Shown: positions 52,247-61,094 of the stretch, in pieces
Numbering within the stretch: the stretch's first letter is position 1
Layout of the letters: each line of letters opens with the position of its first letter
IMG/VR virus record: IMGVR_UViG_3300014208_000028
Location: 1-64,000 of that record
Length of the DNA stretch: 64,000 bases
Source: a virus
Direction: 5' to 3' (one strand)
Translations under genes and position numbers: made by a program
The notes under the pieces: generated by a model
Told to the model about the DNA's origin: nothing
The model's database searches: none
What the model saw: only the letters and a program-made list of their open reading frames with translations

Positions 52247-53480
52247 GACTATTCCTTTGTAGATTTAACTCTACTGACTTTTCAATAAAAGCTTTTACTA
52301 ATTTTATATTATCATAATCTTCCTGACTTTTTCTAAATTTCTCATCAAACTTTTCAAAGTCAAAATCTTTAAAATATGCGTCATACCAAAGATGAGCGTT
52401 AGTCTCTACATTATATTCTCTCATAACTTTTTCTTTAATTTTAGCGCCCATAGATAATCTTAATTCTTTATTATCTATAAGTAACTGTAAGCATTTAATC
52501 CACTCACTATCCTTATTTTTCTTAACTATTAATCCGTCAATACCGTCTTCTATAGTATTTAAATAAGGATAAATAGGGGAGGCTACTGTAGGAATAGATA
52601 AGGCTCCATTTTCTATTACCTTTAAATTACTTTTGCCAGCGTTAAAGATATTATCGTGCAAAGGAGCTATACCAATATCCAATCTTAAACTAGCATATCT
52701 TAAATGATAATCTCCTATCTCTGTAGCGGGCCAGATTTCTAATTGATCGGGCGGAATATTATCTTTCAAGTAATCAGGAGCATACCCCATAAAAACTAAA
52801 ACTACATTTTTATTCTTTAATACTATTTCTTTTAAAGCATATAAGGCTATTTTTATATCATGATAATGTGTACTACTTCCAGCATATCCTATTCTAATTT
52901 TGCTATCTTTTTTAGGAAAAGATAAATAACTATAACTAGATAATAATGAATTAGGTAATACTTGTATATTTTTACAAAACTCAGAATAGGCATTTTTTAA
53001 AGGCTCTGTACTTACTGTCATTACGTCAGACAGTCTAAGACAATGAAGTACATCTTGTTTTACAGTTATATTAATTTCTTTTTCTTTTATTACCTTTCCA
53101 GTTTGCTTATCTCTTAATTTAACTATCTCTTGTCTAGTCTGAGTAAATCCATATCTAGCGGGGTTATTAGGATGTATATTAATTAAATTATCATCAGTAT
53201 CATATACTATCCTAGCCCCCTGATTTTTAAATATTCTCATAGCCATTTGAATTTCAGGCCTATGCTGCCGACAAAAAACAACTACATGCGGTTTCCACTT
53301 AAACTTTATATCATCTATAAAAGTAGATACTACTACTTTACACAATTTATTTCTAGTCATTCCAAAACAAGGTAATAAAGCTCTATAATGTGCTGGGCCA
53401 GATAAATCTGCCGCGCAAATAAGAACTCGTTTGTCAGGAAATCCTTCTTTCTCTTTCATAAATTCTTTAACTAAATCCAT
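52218..53480 (-). CDS. GT4 glycosyltransferase
   Basis: YR...P, VYDTDD, TVST..L, IGYAGS.TH..D, IAPL....FN.GKSNLK..E. Confidence 0.88.
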   Translation of the reverse strand: MDLVKEFMKEKEGFPDKRVLICAADLSGPAHYRALLPCFGMTRNKLCKVVVSTFIDDIKFKWKPHVVVFCRQHRPEIQMAMRIFKNQGARIVYDTDDNLINIHPNNPARYGFTQTRQEIVKLRDKQTGKVIKEKEINITVKQDVLHCLRLSDVMTVSTEPLKNAYSEFCKNIQVLPNSLLSSYSYLSFPKKDSKIRIGYAGSSTHYHDIKIALYALKEIVLKNKNVVLVFMGYAPDYLKDNIPPDQLEIWPATEIGDYHLRYASLRLDIGIAPLHDNIFNAGKSNLKVIENGALSIPTVASPIYPYLNTIEDGIDGLIVKKNKDSEWIKCLQLLIDNKELRLSMGAKIKEKVMREYNVETNAHLWYDAYFKDFDFEKFDEKFRKSQEDYDNIKLVKAFIEKSVELNLQRNSRDSYRNPGF

Positions 53481-53600
53481 GCTTTATCCTTTTAAAAAAT
53501 ATTTTAAAAATATGATACGTACTCTATATATTTTATTTTTATTATGTTAGTCTATTATTAGACCACTTATGGTATTTTTATTTTAAGGAAACCTCTAATT

Positions 53601-53990
53601 ATGAATGTTGAAGATCCTCGTATTGTTGAGCTTGAGAGACTTGTTGATAATTTAAAAGAACAACTAATCTCCATCCAGATTAAAGGGACTCTCGATAAAT
53701 TAGAAACGATGCAGTCTCAATTAGATGAGATTAAAAATATAGTAAGAGATATCGCTGCTGATGCCCATCCTACTCCTTGTAATCAACTCGAAGAGGCTAA
53801 AAAAACTATAACTGAAACTACTTGTTTAAAATTAGCCGTCATTACGGATAAATTAGACTCTCTTTCTGCCGAATTTAATAAGCATAAAGAGAATCATGTT
53901 AGTAATTGGAAATTAATTTTTTCATACATCTCCAGTGGAATTGGCTGGTTAGTAGCTACAGCTTTAGCTATCCTTTCTTATATGAAATAA
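53601..53990 (+). CDS. Coiled-coil protein with C-terminal TM (possible lysis accessory)
   Basis: Heptad-rich body plus a terminal hydrophobic helix; AAGGA RBS. Confidence 0.55.
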   Translation: MNVEDPRIVELERLVDNLKEQLISIQIKGTLDKLETMQSQLDEIKNIVRDIAADAHPTPCNQLEEAKKTITETTCLKLAVITDKLDSLSAEFNKHKENHVSNWKLIFSYISSGIGWLVATALAILSYMK

Positions 53991-53991
53991 A

Positions 53992-54678
53992 TTATTTAGG
54001 AAGTAATCTTCTTTCAACTCTCAATGTTATTGCAGGGTTTACTATAACTTCGCCCGTAGGAGATATATTAGAAGTAACCCCTACTCCAAGACTTACTTCA
54101 GTTTTCTTACCCGTCTCAATGGCTATACGGGCTTCTGCGGGCAATCCTGCAACACCATAACCGGCCTCTACTTCAGCATTTAAACGAATAGGATGATAAG
54201 GAGTAGAATCAGCTAACTCCTTTTGAGTCTTAATTAATAAGTTTCTACAAGGAGCCGCAACAGCGTCATCATAAGCTGGAAGAATATTTACGCTTAAAGC
54301 ATTACGAAGTAAGTCAGAGCTTTCAGCAGTCCAATATTTAGTAGAACTTTTATAAGGTATTGCTATAGTTTCTAAACAATCTTTACAATCAGAAGGAAAA
54401 TTATCTGCTATAGTTTTTACGGGCACTTTTAATTTAATTATTTTAATAATAGTTTTAGGTTTAATTTTAGCCATTTCTTCTTTTAAAGCTTGGACCGCAT
54501 CTTCTCTATCAAATTTCTCAGTCAATAATATAGATTCAGTTTTAGCTTTACCATCAGCATAAACTTTAATTTTATTATAAGTATATATTCCAGCTAGTAA
54601 TACTAATAAACAAATAATTACTATACCTATAATCTTAACTTTACTGCCCGCCAAAAATCCTTTTATCTTTTCAAACAT
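53992..54678 (-). CDS. N-terminally anchored membrane protein (spanin-like candidate)
   Basis: Single N-terminal TM, helical region, C-terminal beta-hairpin-like segment. Confidence 0.35.
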   Translation of the reverse strand: MFEKIKGFLAGSKVKIIGIVIICLLVLLAGIYTYNKIKVYADGKAKTESILLTEKFDREDAVQALKEEMAKIKPKTIIKIIKLKVPVKTIADNFPSDCKDCLETIAIPYKSSTKYWTAESSDLLRNALSVNILPAYDDAVAAPCRNLLIKTQKELADSTPYHPIRLNAEVEAGYGVAGLPAEARIAIETGKKTEVSLGVGVTSNISPTGEVIVNPAITLRVERRLLPK

Positions 54679-54697
54679 TATTTACCCCTTATATCTA

Positions 54698-54780
54698 AAA
54701 ATTAGGGAAGAGAAATGGTTTGAGCCACTTCCCTTCCCAACAGAAGGAGGAGAACCTGAGAAGCTGCAATCTCTTCTCAT
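54698..54780 (-). ncRNA. Candidate sRNA with exposed anti-SD sequence
   Basis: GTTATAAT promoter; hairpin TGAGAAG/CTTCTCA; linker GGTTCTCCTCCTTCTGTT; long GC-rich terminator-like hairpin. Confidence 0.5.
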
Positions 54781-54785
54781 ACTTA

Positions 54786-54962
54786 TTATAACGTATTTTC
54801 CTCGCTTTTTTCAGGAGGCATGAAGTTAATGATGTTATCATTTTCTACTTTTTTAACCGCTCCATCCAAAAGAACATAACTGACTGTTTCTCCGATTCGT
54901 GCAATCGGTCCACGAACCAACTCTTTTCCTAGTCTTACTTTCACGACATCCCCGATTTCCAT
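54786..54962 (-). CDS. 58-aa SH3/KOW-like small protein
   Basis: Not in track; GGAGGT RBS; MEIGDVVKVRLGKELVRGPIARIGETVSYVLLDG... Confidence 0.7.
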   Translation of the reverse strand: MEIGDVVKVRLGKELVRGPIARIGETVSYVLLDGAVKKVENDNIINFMPPEKSEENTL

Positions 54963-55030
54963 GTGTGACCTCCAGTAAAGTATGACATTAGTACAAATAT
55001 TTTATAACATATTAATTAAAAAAATATCAG

Positions 55031-55279
55031 CTACTTTTCTACTATATCGATAGCTTTATACGAAATTTTAATAGACTTACCATGAGAAGCGGCCCAGAAA
55101 ATAGTCTCCAAAGCTTTCTCAATTTTACTATAAGTACCTCTAATATATTTAATATCATCATCTAAACATTTTATAGATACTATCATAGCATTATCTAACG
55201 TAGATGTACTGACCTGTACATCATCAGGCGAATTAACCAAACCCTTTACAATTTCAGCCGCATAAACATTAATATCCAT
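55031..55279 (-). CDS. KhpA-like KH-domain protein lacking GxxG
   Basis: IVKGLVNSPDDVQV...DDI..IRGTYSK..KALETI..AAS aligns by eye with the KhpA consensus. Confidence 0.7.
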   Translation of the reverse strand: MDINVYAAEIVKGLVNSPDDVQVSTSTLDNAMIVSIKCLDDDIKYIRGTYSKIEKALETIFWAASHGKSIKISYKAIDIVEK

Positions 55280-55338
55280 CTCTATTTACCTCCACTTAAA
55301 CTTAGTATACTTATATTATACTTATAATTAATTATAAA

Positions 55339-55998
55339 TCAAATACTTGCTTTTAATAATTCATCCTCATTATCTATATACTTATTCCACTGAAAGTATT
55401 TATCCATAAAATTCATCGACCGTTTAAATAATTCATTTCTAAAGTTAGCCATATACCACGGTCTTAACTTGCACAATCTCATAGTTTTATTAAGTACTAA
55501 TACTTGTCCATTATCTCTAACGCCTATAACTCCAAATGGATGTTTGCGATTAGGATCTGCACTTATTTTTTCAGCTAATTCTATAGGAGCGGCGTACATA
55601 AAATAATTCGGCCGCCAAGAGAGATCAAAAAAATTAAGCAGCGCGTCATACTTATATACTGGAGCCACTTTAAAACTTTCATATAAAGACCTTAATTTTT
55701 CGGGGGCTACAATTTTTTTAAGTTTAGATATCTCTTTTTCTAAAATTAAATTATGAGCTTTATCCAGATCACTTAATACTTCTCTAAGCTGATAAGTATG
55801 TTTAAGTTTATCATTGTTATAATCAGCCCAACTACGCTTAATCTCTACTTCTAAGATACCTTTATGACTGCCCCAAGCAATTAAATCGGCCTCCCATACA
55901 CTATAAGAAATTCTAGGAACTACCCACCAATACTGGTTCATCTTTAAATATCTATAAATTTTTACTTCTATATCTTTTACAGGTAATGTATTTTTCAT
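55339..55998 (-). CDS. PD-(D/E)XK nuclease (MmcB-like)
   Basis: WEADLI...EVEIKRSWADY..D; PNYFMYAAP; FGVI. Confidence 0.75.
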   Translation of the reverse strand: MKNTLPVKDIEVKIYRYLKMNQYWWVVPRISYSVWEADLIAWGSHKGILEVEIKRSWADYNNDKLKHTYQLREVLSDLDKAHNLILEKEISKLKKIVAPEKLRSLYESFKVAPVYKYDALLNFFDLSWRPNYFMYAAPIELAEKISADPNRKHPFGVIGVRDNGQVLVLNKTMRLCKLRPWYMANFRNELFKRSMNFMDKYFQWNKYIDNEDELLKASI

Positions 55999-56024
55999 AC
56001 GTTTATATTACCATAATTTATAAA

Positions 56025-56093
56025 TAAAAAAAGGGGCCGGACTAGGTTTCCCCAATCATGCCCTGACCCCTTCTAAGAGAATATTTTCTCTCA
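56025..56093 (-). ncRNA. Candidate short promoter-to-terminator RNA
   Basis: TGTTATAAAAT upstream; hairpin TGAGAGAA/TTCTCTTA; AAGGGG...CCCCTTTTTT hairpin. Confidence 0.4.
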
Positions 56094-56113
56094 TATATTT
56101 TATAACATATTTT

Positions 56114-56521
56114 TTAAGAAATTTTCAACTGCATAGCTTTAATAATTTTAGGATTATTATAGAAATGTTCTTCTGCTATTTTTTTAAGTTTATCTATAGC
56201 CCCTTCCTCATCTTCTAATTTTTTAACTATAGAAGGGGTATCTGTTATACTATCTGCTATTTCTAATCCCCATACATTATCTCTTTTAAAAATACCGAAA
56301 TAATACCCGCGATTTATAGATACCCAACTATTATCTTCAGATCTTATTTTCCAATCTAATTTAAAACTATCTAAATATTCTTGATTATAATTTCCTTTAA
56401 AAAAGTCATCAAAAATAGTATATAAATCTTTTGTAAATTCATCATACTTAGATATTTTAAGGGCAGATGGGTATAGTTTAACCATTACTTTTTCAAGTAA
56501 GTACCATTGAATCTCATTCAT
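56114..56521 (-). CDS. Hypothetical protein
   Basis: AGGAG RBS, directly after the endolysin. Confidence 0.7.
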   Translation of the reverse strand: MNEIQWYLLEKVMVKLYPSALKISKYDEFTKDLYTIFDDFFKGNYNQEYLDSFKLDWKIRSEDNSWVSINRGYYFGIFKRDNVWGLEIADSITDTPSIVKKLEDEEGAIDKLKKIAEEHFYNNPKIIKAMQLKIS

Positions 56522-56530
56522 ATAATTCTC

Positions 56531-57352
56531 CTAAGTGGTCTGTATATTACTAATGTCCTGCGCTGTAACTAAACCCTTTTCAAAATCAGGACAGTTTTCG
56601 GTAGAGCCATAAGGATTAATAAAACCTATAATATTTTGCTGAGTATAATATCTATGACCTAATTTAACTCTATTGCCCTCATTCCCACTTATCGTACAAA
56701 ATCCTTCTTTTCTATTAGCACTTACATTACTGACAATTCCTATATGACCAGTATGGGTCCATTTTCCCGCCGCGTTTTTATGTTGAATAAGCATGAAATC
56801 GCCGGGATAAGGAGTATAAGTTTCCTTTTTAAAATAAATACCCTTTTTCTCACTATATTGCCAAGAATTCCAAGTACTCATTTCAAGATGTTCGCCAAAA
56901 GGATATTTTCCAGTCGCCTGTTTAAACACCCAATTTATAAAACAGTCACACCATTGCGCTGGAAAACCAGGAAGATATTTAGTTACTCCATCTCCAGTAT
57001 TACTGCCATCAGGATCTTCATGTATATTACTTCTATATTCATGAGTAGCTATTTCTAATACTTTCTGACGAATAGGTGTTAAACCTTTAGGGATAATAGG
57101 ATCAAAATTATTACGCTGATTACTACCACTCGGATTTTCTATAGCCCACCAAGTATTAGGACCTACAATACCATCAGTACTTAAATACTTTTTATCCGGC
57201 CCAATATGAGTAGCCTGAAAATCATAAACAGCTTTTTCAGTAGCATCTTCAAAAATACCATTAGGAACTATACGTAAGAATCCTTCACGTACTAATAATT
57301 CCTGTAACCTCTGTACTTCAGGCCCACGATCTCCTACTTTAAGTATAGCCAT
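56531..57352 (-). CDS. Endolysin: peptidoglycan-binding domain + CHAP amidase
   Basis: LKVGDRGPEV..LQ..L...T..AV..FQ...DGIVGPNTW; WCDCF; PGD; GHIGIV; GN. Confidence 0.9.
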   Translation of the reverse strand: MAILKVGDRGPEVQRLQELLVREGFLRIVPNGIFEDATEKAVYDFQATHIGPDKKYLSTDGIVGPNTWWAIENPSGSNQRNNFDPIIPKGLTPIRQKVLEIATHEYRSNIHEDPDGSNTGDGVTKYLPGFPAQWCDCFINWVFKQATGKYPFGEHLEMSTWNSWQYSEKKGIYFKKETYTPYPGDFMLIQHKNAAGKWTHTGHIGIVSNVSANRKEGFCTISGNEGNRVKLGHRYYTQQNIIGFINPYGSTENCPDFEKGLVTAQDISNIQTT

Positions 57353-57923
57353 TACTTTTTCTTCTCCACTAAAATATCATCTACTAAAACTTTCAAGGTA
57401 ACTACTTTAAAAGGAATCTTACCGGCATCTTTAATAGTAATATCTTTCAGCCCGTCCAAGTCTATAGAATTTTCGCCATCAGTAAGAACATATCTATCAC
57501 TCTGCTTAATCTCATTACCATCTTCATCCTTTCCATAGCCGCGATCAACAATCTTTAATTTCAACATTTCTTTTTTCTCCTTTATATCGATTCTTATCAC
57601 AGTATATTATAAAAATAAAAAAATACAATTAAAAAGAGTTGGCAGTCCTCTTTTTTAGCATTACTTCCTTACTCAAACATAGGGCGGAACCACGCTTTAG
57701 GGATATTTTTATCTATCCACACTAAAGCGGTTTCTTTCAAGCTCATCCACCACACGGTATACATCTGGTCGGGGTAGTCTTCAGCAGGGCTGCTCCAAGC
57801 GATTTTGTACCCAGGAACCAGTGCCTCAATCTGAGGGATAGCCTCAGAAAGAACAGCTTCAGCCTGTTCATCAAACATGCCTCTTTCAGTCAGCAGACTC
57901 TTCAACTTGTCTTTTGCCATCAT
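57352..57923 (-). other. Two hypothetical ORFs (57352-57600; GC-richer 57669-57923)
   Basis: Separated by a terminator/promoter module. Confidence 0.7.
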
Positions 57924-58000
57924 AATAGTTTCCTCCTTATATATTTTATAACAAAAAACCCCCGCATTTTGCGAGGGCTAATAAAATATAAAAATTATAA

Positions 58001-59626
58001 TTATTTCTTAAAAGATAAAGGTATTCTAACTAAACTTCCAGCTAATCCGTAATTAGCTACTGTACCGGAATTATCATAATTATTTACAAAGCAATAAAAA
58101 GATCCATCACTTAAATAAATTAATTTAGAAGTCGGCCAAGCAGTAGTTACTTCTGGAATATAACTTTTAAAAGTTGTAGTTTGATAAGGAGACAATAAAG
58201 TTATTTTGTTCTTCCAAGTAATGCCGTAATCACTACTCATTATAGCTTTTATAGTTCCTAAATTATTCTCAGTCCCCGTACTTTGATCTTCACTAGTAGT
58301 ATAGCTAACTACTAAAGTTAAACCTTCAGCATTTTCTACTTTTTCTATAGAAGGACTAGCCATAGAATAAGCACTATCTACTAATACTTCAGCATTAGAG
58401 AATGTAGCTCCACTATCTTCAGAATAACTATGATATATTTTTATTAAACTAGTACTTGTTTCTTTAGCCGAGAATACTACATGAATGTGGCCTAAATGAT
58501 TACTATCATTAAGTTCTACCACATCCCCGCCATAAACTGCGTAAAAAGAACTACCCTCATGTAATAATTCTACTGTTTCAGGAAGTGAGAAAATAGAAGT
58601 AGTTATATTATTCCATACAAAGTATTCTAAACTAGAAGCGGTTACATAAGCTTTTTTATATATTCTACTTAAGGCAGGACTTTCACTGGCCGCAAAAAAT
58701 GCTATAAAGTTTTTACCAGTTTGAGACTTTTTTACAGAAGCATTAAATATATCTTGGTGTCCCCAACGAGAGAAATCATTATCGTATCCAGTATATTTCC
58801 AAGTACTATCCGCTAAATCATATTTAATTCTTCCTACATATGTTTGCTCATTCGTAATGATATTATCGTCATTAGTATGCCCAAAACTTATTTCAGCTAT
58901 ATCTTTAGGGGCCGCAGGATCGTAATTAATATAACTAGTATTTCCTATATCTCTAAAAGCAGTTATAGCTCCTATAGTTACTATAGTTCTAGAATAAGCT
59001 TGCCTAGTTATTACTGTCTGAGTCCACGTAGTTCCTCCATCAGGAGAAGAATATAAAGTTAGATGTATATTTCCTGAAGCTATAATATTCATACCGAAAG
59101 CTAATAATTCACTAGATGGTATTCCTACCCCTCCCCCTACAGAATATACTAAAGGTTGAAGTTGAGTATTTTTACAGAAAGGCCAATCTACACTCGATTC
59201 GGGTATTCCCGGCCAAACTTTATAATCTACTTCGTCAGGTAAAGGAATAATAATTTCTCCACTCGGAGTAGCATATGGAGTCGTGTCTGTAGGAGTATCA
59301 GTATGTGATAATATTAAAGCTTTTATTCTAGCTATAGCTTTATCTAATTCAGTTAAAGCTTGCCGTACAGACATTCCATCTTTTATATAATAAGGCTTCC
59401 CGCCGCCATAATACTGACTATATAAAGGATATAATCCATTCTGACGACTTAAAGTATAATCAGTTCCTGCTTTTAAAGATAGATAACTTATATAAGGAAC
59501 TATGATATCGAAATTTTCAGCTAACTGACGATGGGGCCGATTTAATATAAGTTCATCTAATAAAGATTCTCCGGGCTGTAAGAAAATCTCCTCATCAATC
59601 ATGTCTCTTTCATCTTTATATGCCAT
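58001..59626 (-). CDS. Tail/receptor-binding protein with Asp-box propeller
   Basis: SPDGGTTW, SEDSGATF, SSDYGITW; N-terminal domain shared with the two upstream paralogs. Confidence 0.7.
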   Translation of the reverse strand: MAYKDERDMIDEEIFLQPGESLLDELILNRPHRQLAENFDIIVPYISYLSLKAGTDYTLSRQNGLYPLYSQYYGGGKPYYIKDGMSVRQALTELDKAIARIKALILSHTDTPTDTTPYATPSGEIIIPLPDEVDYKVWPGIPESSVDWPFCKNTQLQPLVYSVGGGVGIPSSELLAFGMNIIASGNIHLTLYSSPDGGTTWTQTVITRQAYSRTIVTIGAITAFRDIGNTSYINYDPAAPKDIAEISFGHTNDDNIITNEQTYVGRIKYDLADSTWKYTGYDNDFSRWGHQDIFNASVKKSQTGKNFIAFFAASESPALSRIYKKAYVTASSLEYFVWNNITTSIFSLPETVELLHEGSSFYAVYGGDVVELNDSNHLGHIHVVFSAKETSTSLIKIYHSYSEDSGATFSNAEVLVDSAYSMASPSIEKVENAEGLTLVVSYTTSEDQSTGTENNLGTIKAIMSSDYGITWKNKITLLSPYQTTTFKSYIPEVTTAWPTSKLIYLSDGSFYCFVNNYDNSGTVANYGLAGSLVRIPLSFKK

Positions 59627-59636
59627 TTCTTATTCC

Positions 59637-61091
59637 TTATAATTCTGCCGAATATATTCTAGTAGTAGTTAATAATAAAGGTAACATATCTATACTATCT
59701 TCAGTACGATAAAATAAATATATCTTACCATTACTTCTTTTTATTAATTTAGGAAATATCCCGGTAACATTTATCTGTTCTGATAATAATGGAGTTGTCC
59801 ATACAGATTCTCCAGTTCTAAAGAATGAATAACTTATCTCATCATAAGTGCCATAAGTATAGTCGTTATTATAACATACTAATATCCCGCCGTTGGCGAT
59901 AGGGATTAAAGTAGGATAGTCAAAATTATAAGTAGGGTATAAACTGGCGTCTACTATTATTGAAGGAATAGTAGCATCTTCATACCAATTAATTCCATCA
60001 TAACTACTTCTAAAATATATATTTCCAGACTCATCTGAAAATACCATACCTATTTTAGTATCAGTAATCTGAGTCATATCCATAGAAGATATGTAATTAA
60101 AATCTACACCCTGACCTTCTACATAAATGCCTATAGTTTTTTCAGCCGGAACTTTTCCATCCTCATCCTGTAAATTGGCCGTTATATCTATTTCATAAAC
60201 TACTATATCTTCAGGCAGTACCATTCTATAAATTCTATCTTCTGAGTAAGTAGGATTACTAGAAATAGTAGGAATTAGATATTCTAATATTTTGCCCGCC
60301 AAATTATAAGTAGAATAAGTCTGTCTAACATAATTCATATCACTATTAGTTCTATCTATAACATAATTAGATGGAGCACTACTTGTTTCGGAAGGGAAAG
60401 AGATACTATCAGTACCAGTTAAAGTGCCTCTTACTAATTTTAAATAGTTAGGAAATGTTACTCCACCTACAGGAGTATATTGATCATAATACGTTCCAGC
60501 TAAATAGGGATTGCCCGCTAGTATTAAACTACAACTAGTTATTTTTTCTAACGTAAAAGCTAATTTAAATTTATTTACTACAGAACTACTTAATAACCAT
60601 TTACTAGCGTTATCATCTCCAGTATATATATTAAAATCCCCATCTTGATTTATAAGCCACATAATAGATCCTAAGTCTATCACTTTAAATTGAGAGGGGT
60701 AGTCACTATTAGTTAAATCTATTATTTGAGCCGCATCTTCGGCCCTAGTAATGCTCCAAGCATTAGCCCCCGAAATAGCTCTTTGATTTAAAACCTCTAT
60801 ATTTAAATCTTCTAATACTCTTAACTCTCTATCTAATACTGATATACCATCTACAAAAGTATTTCCAGTTTTAATATAATTAGTGCTTGTAAAAATAGGA
60901 ATGCCGGGTATCTTTTTCTGATATATACTTAATCCTAATTTATCGGCCAAATTATCTATTCTAGTTTTTAATTCGTCGCTATCTTCCTCTAATTTTTCAT
61001 GAATAACATTGTGGGTTGAGCATAATATCCAATTATCCCCATCTTTTATCATATAAGTTTCTAATTCATTTTTATCTAAATAAGTTCCCAT
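59637..61091 (-). CDS. Tail/receptor-binding protein paralog
   Basis: Shared N-terminal domain; SYDGINW; propeller-like C-terminus. Confidence 0.65.
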   Translation of the reverse strand: MGTYLDKNELETYMIKDGDNWILCSTHNVIHEKLEEDSDELKTRIDNLADKLGLSIYQKKIPGIPIFTSTNYIKTGNTFVDGISVLDRELRVLEDLNIEVLNQRAISGANAWSITRAEDAAQIIDLTNSDYPSQFKVIDLGSIMWLINQDGDFNIYTGDDNASKWLLSSSVVNKFKLAFTLEKITSCSLILAGNPYLAGTYYDQYTPVGGVTFPNYLKLVRGTLTGTDSISFPSETSSAPSNYVIDRTNSDMNYVRQTYSTYNLAGKILEYLIPTISSNPTYSEDRIYRMVLPEDIVVYEIDITANLQDEDGKVPAEKTIGIYVEGQGVDFNYISSMDMTQITDTKIGMVFSDESGNIYFRSSYDGINWYEDATIPSIIVDASLYPTYNFDYPTLIPIANGGILVCYNNDYTYGTYDEISYSFFRTGESVWTTPLLSEQINVTGIFPKLIKRSNGKIYLFYRTEDSIDMLPLLLTTTRIYSAEL

Positions 61092-61094
61092 AAC

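Larger units (their letters stand above)
13117..57952 (-). promoter_or_regulatory. Dispersed promoter motif GTTATAAW, at least 13 intergenic copies
   Basis: ttataac on + at 13117, 19021, 22717, 25163, 29767, 30613, 31285, 47166, 47382, 54786, 55002, 56100, 57946, nearly all just upstream of minus-strand genes or RNAs. Confidence 0.65.

Noticed and set aside
352-59056. Most plus-strand track ORFs (e.g. 352-621, 2145-2408, 22801-22995, 30753-31358, 47224-47637, 56744-57058)
   Set aside because: Antisense shadows of genuine minus-strand genes or tRNAs, without RBSs or recognisable motifs.
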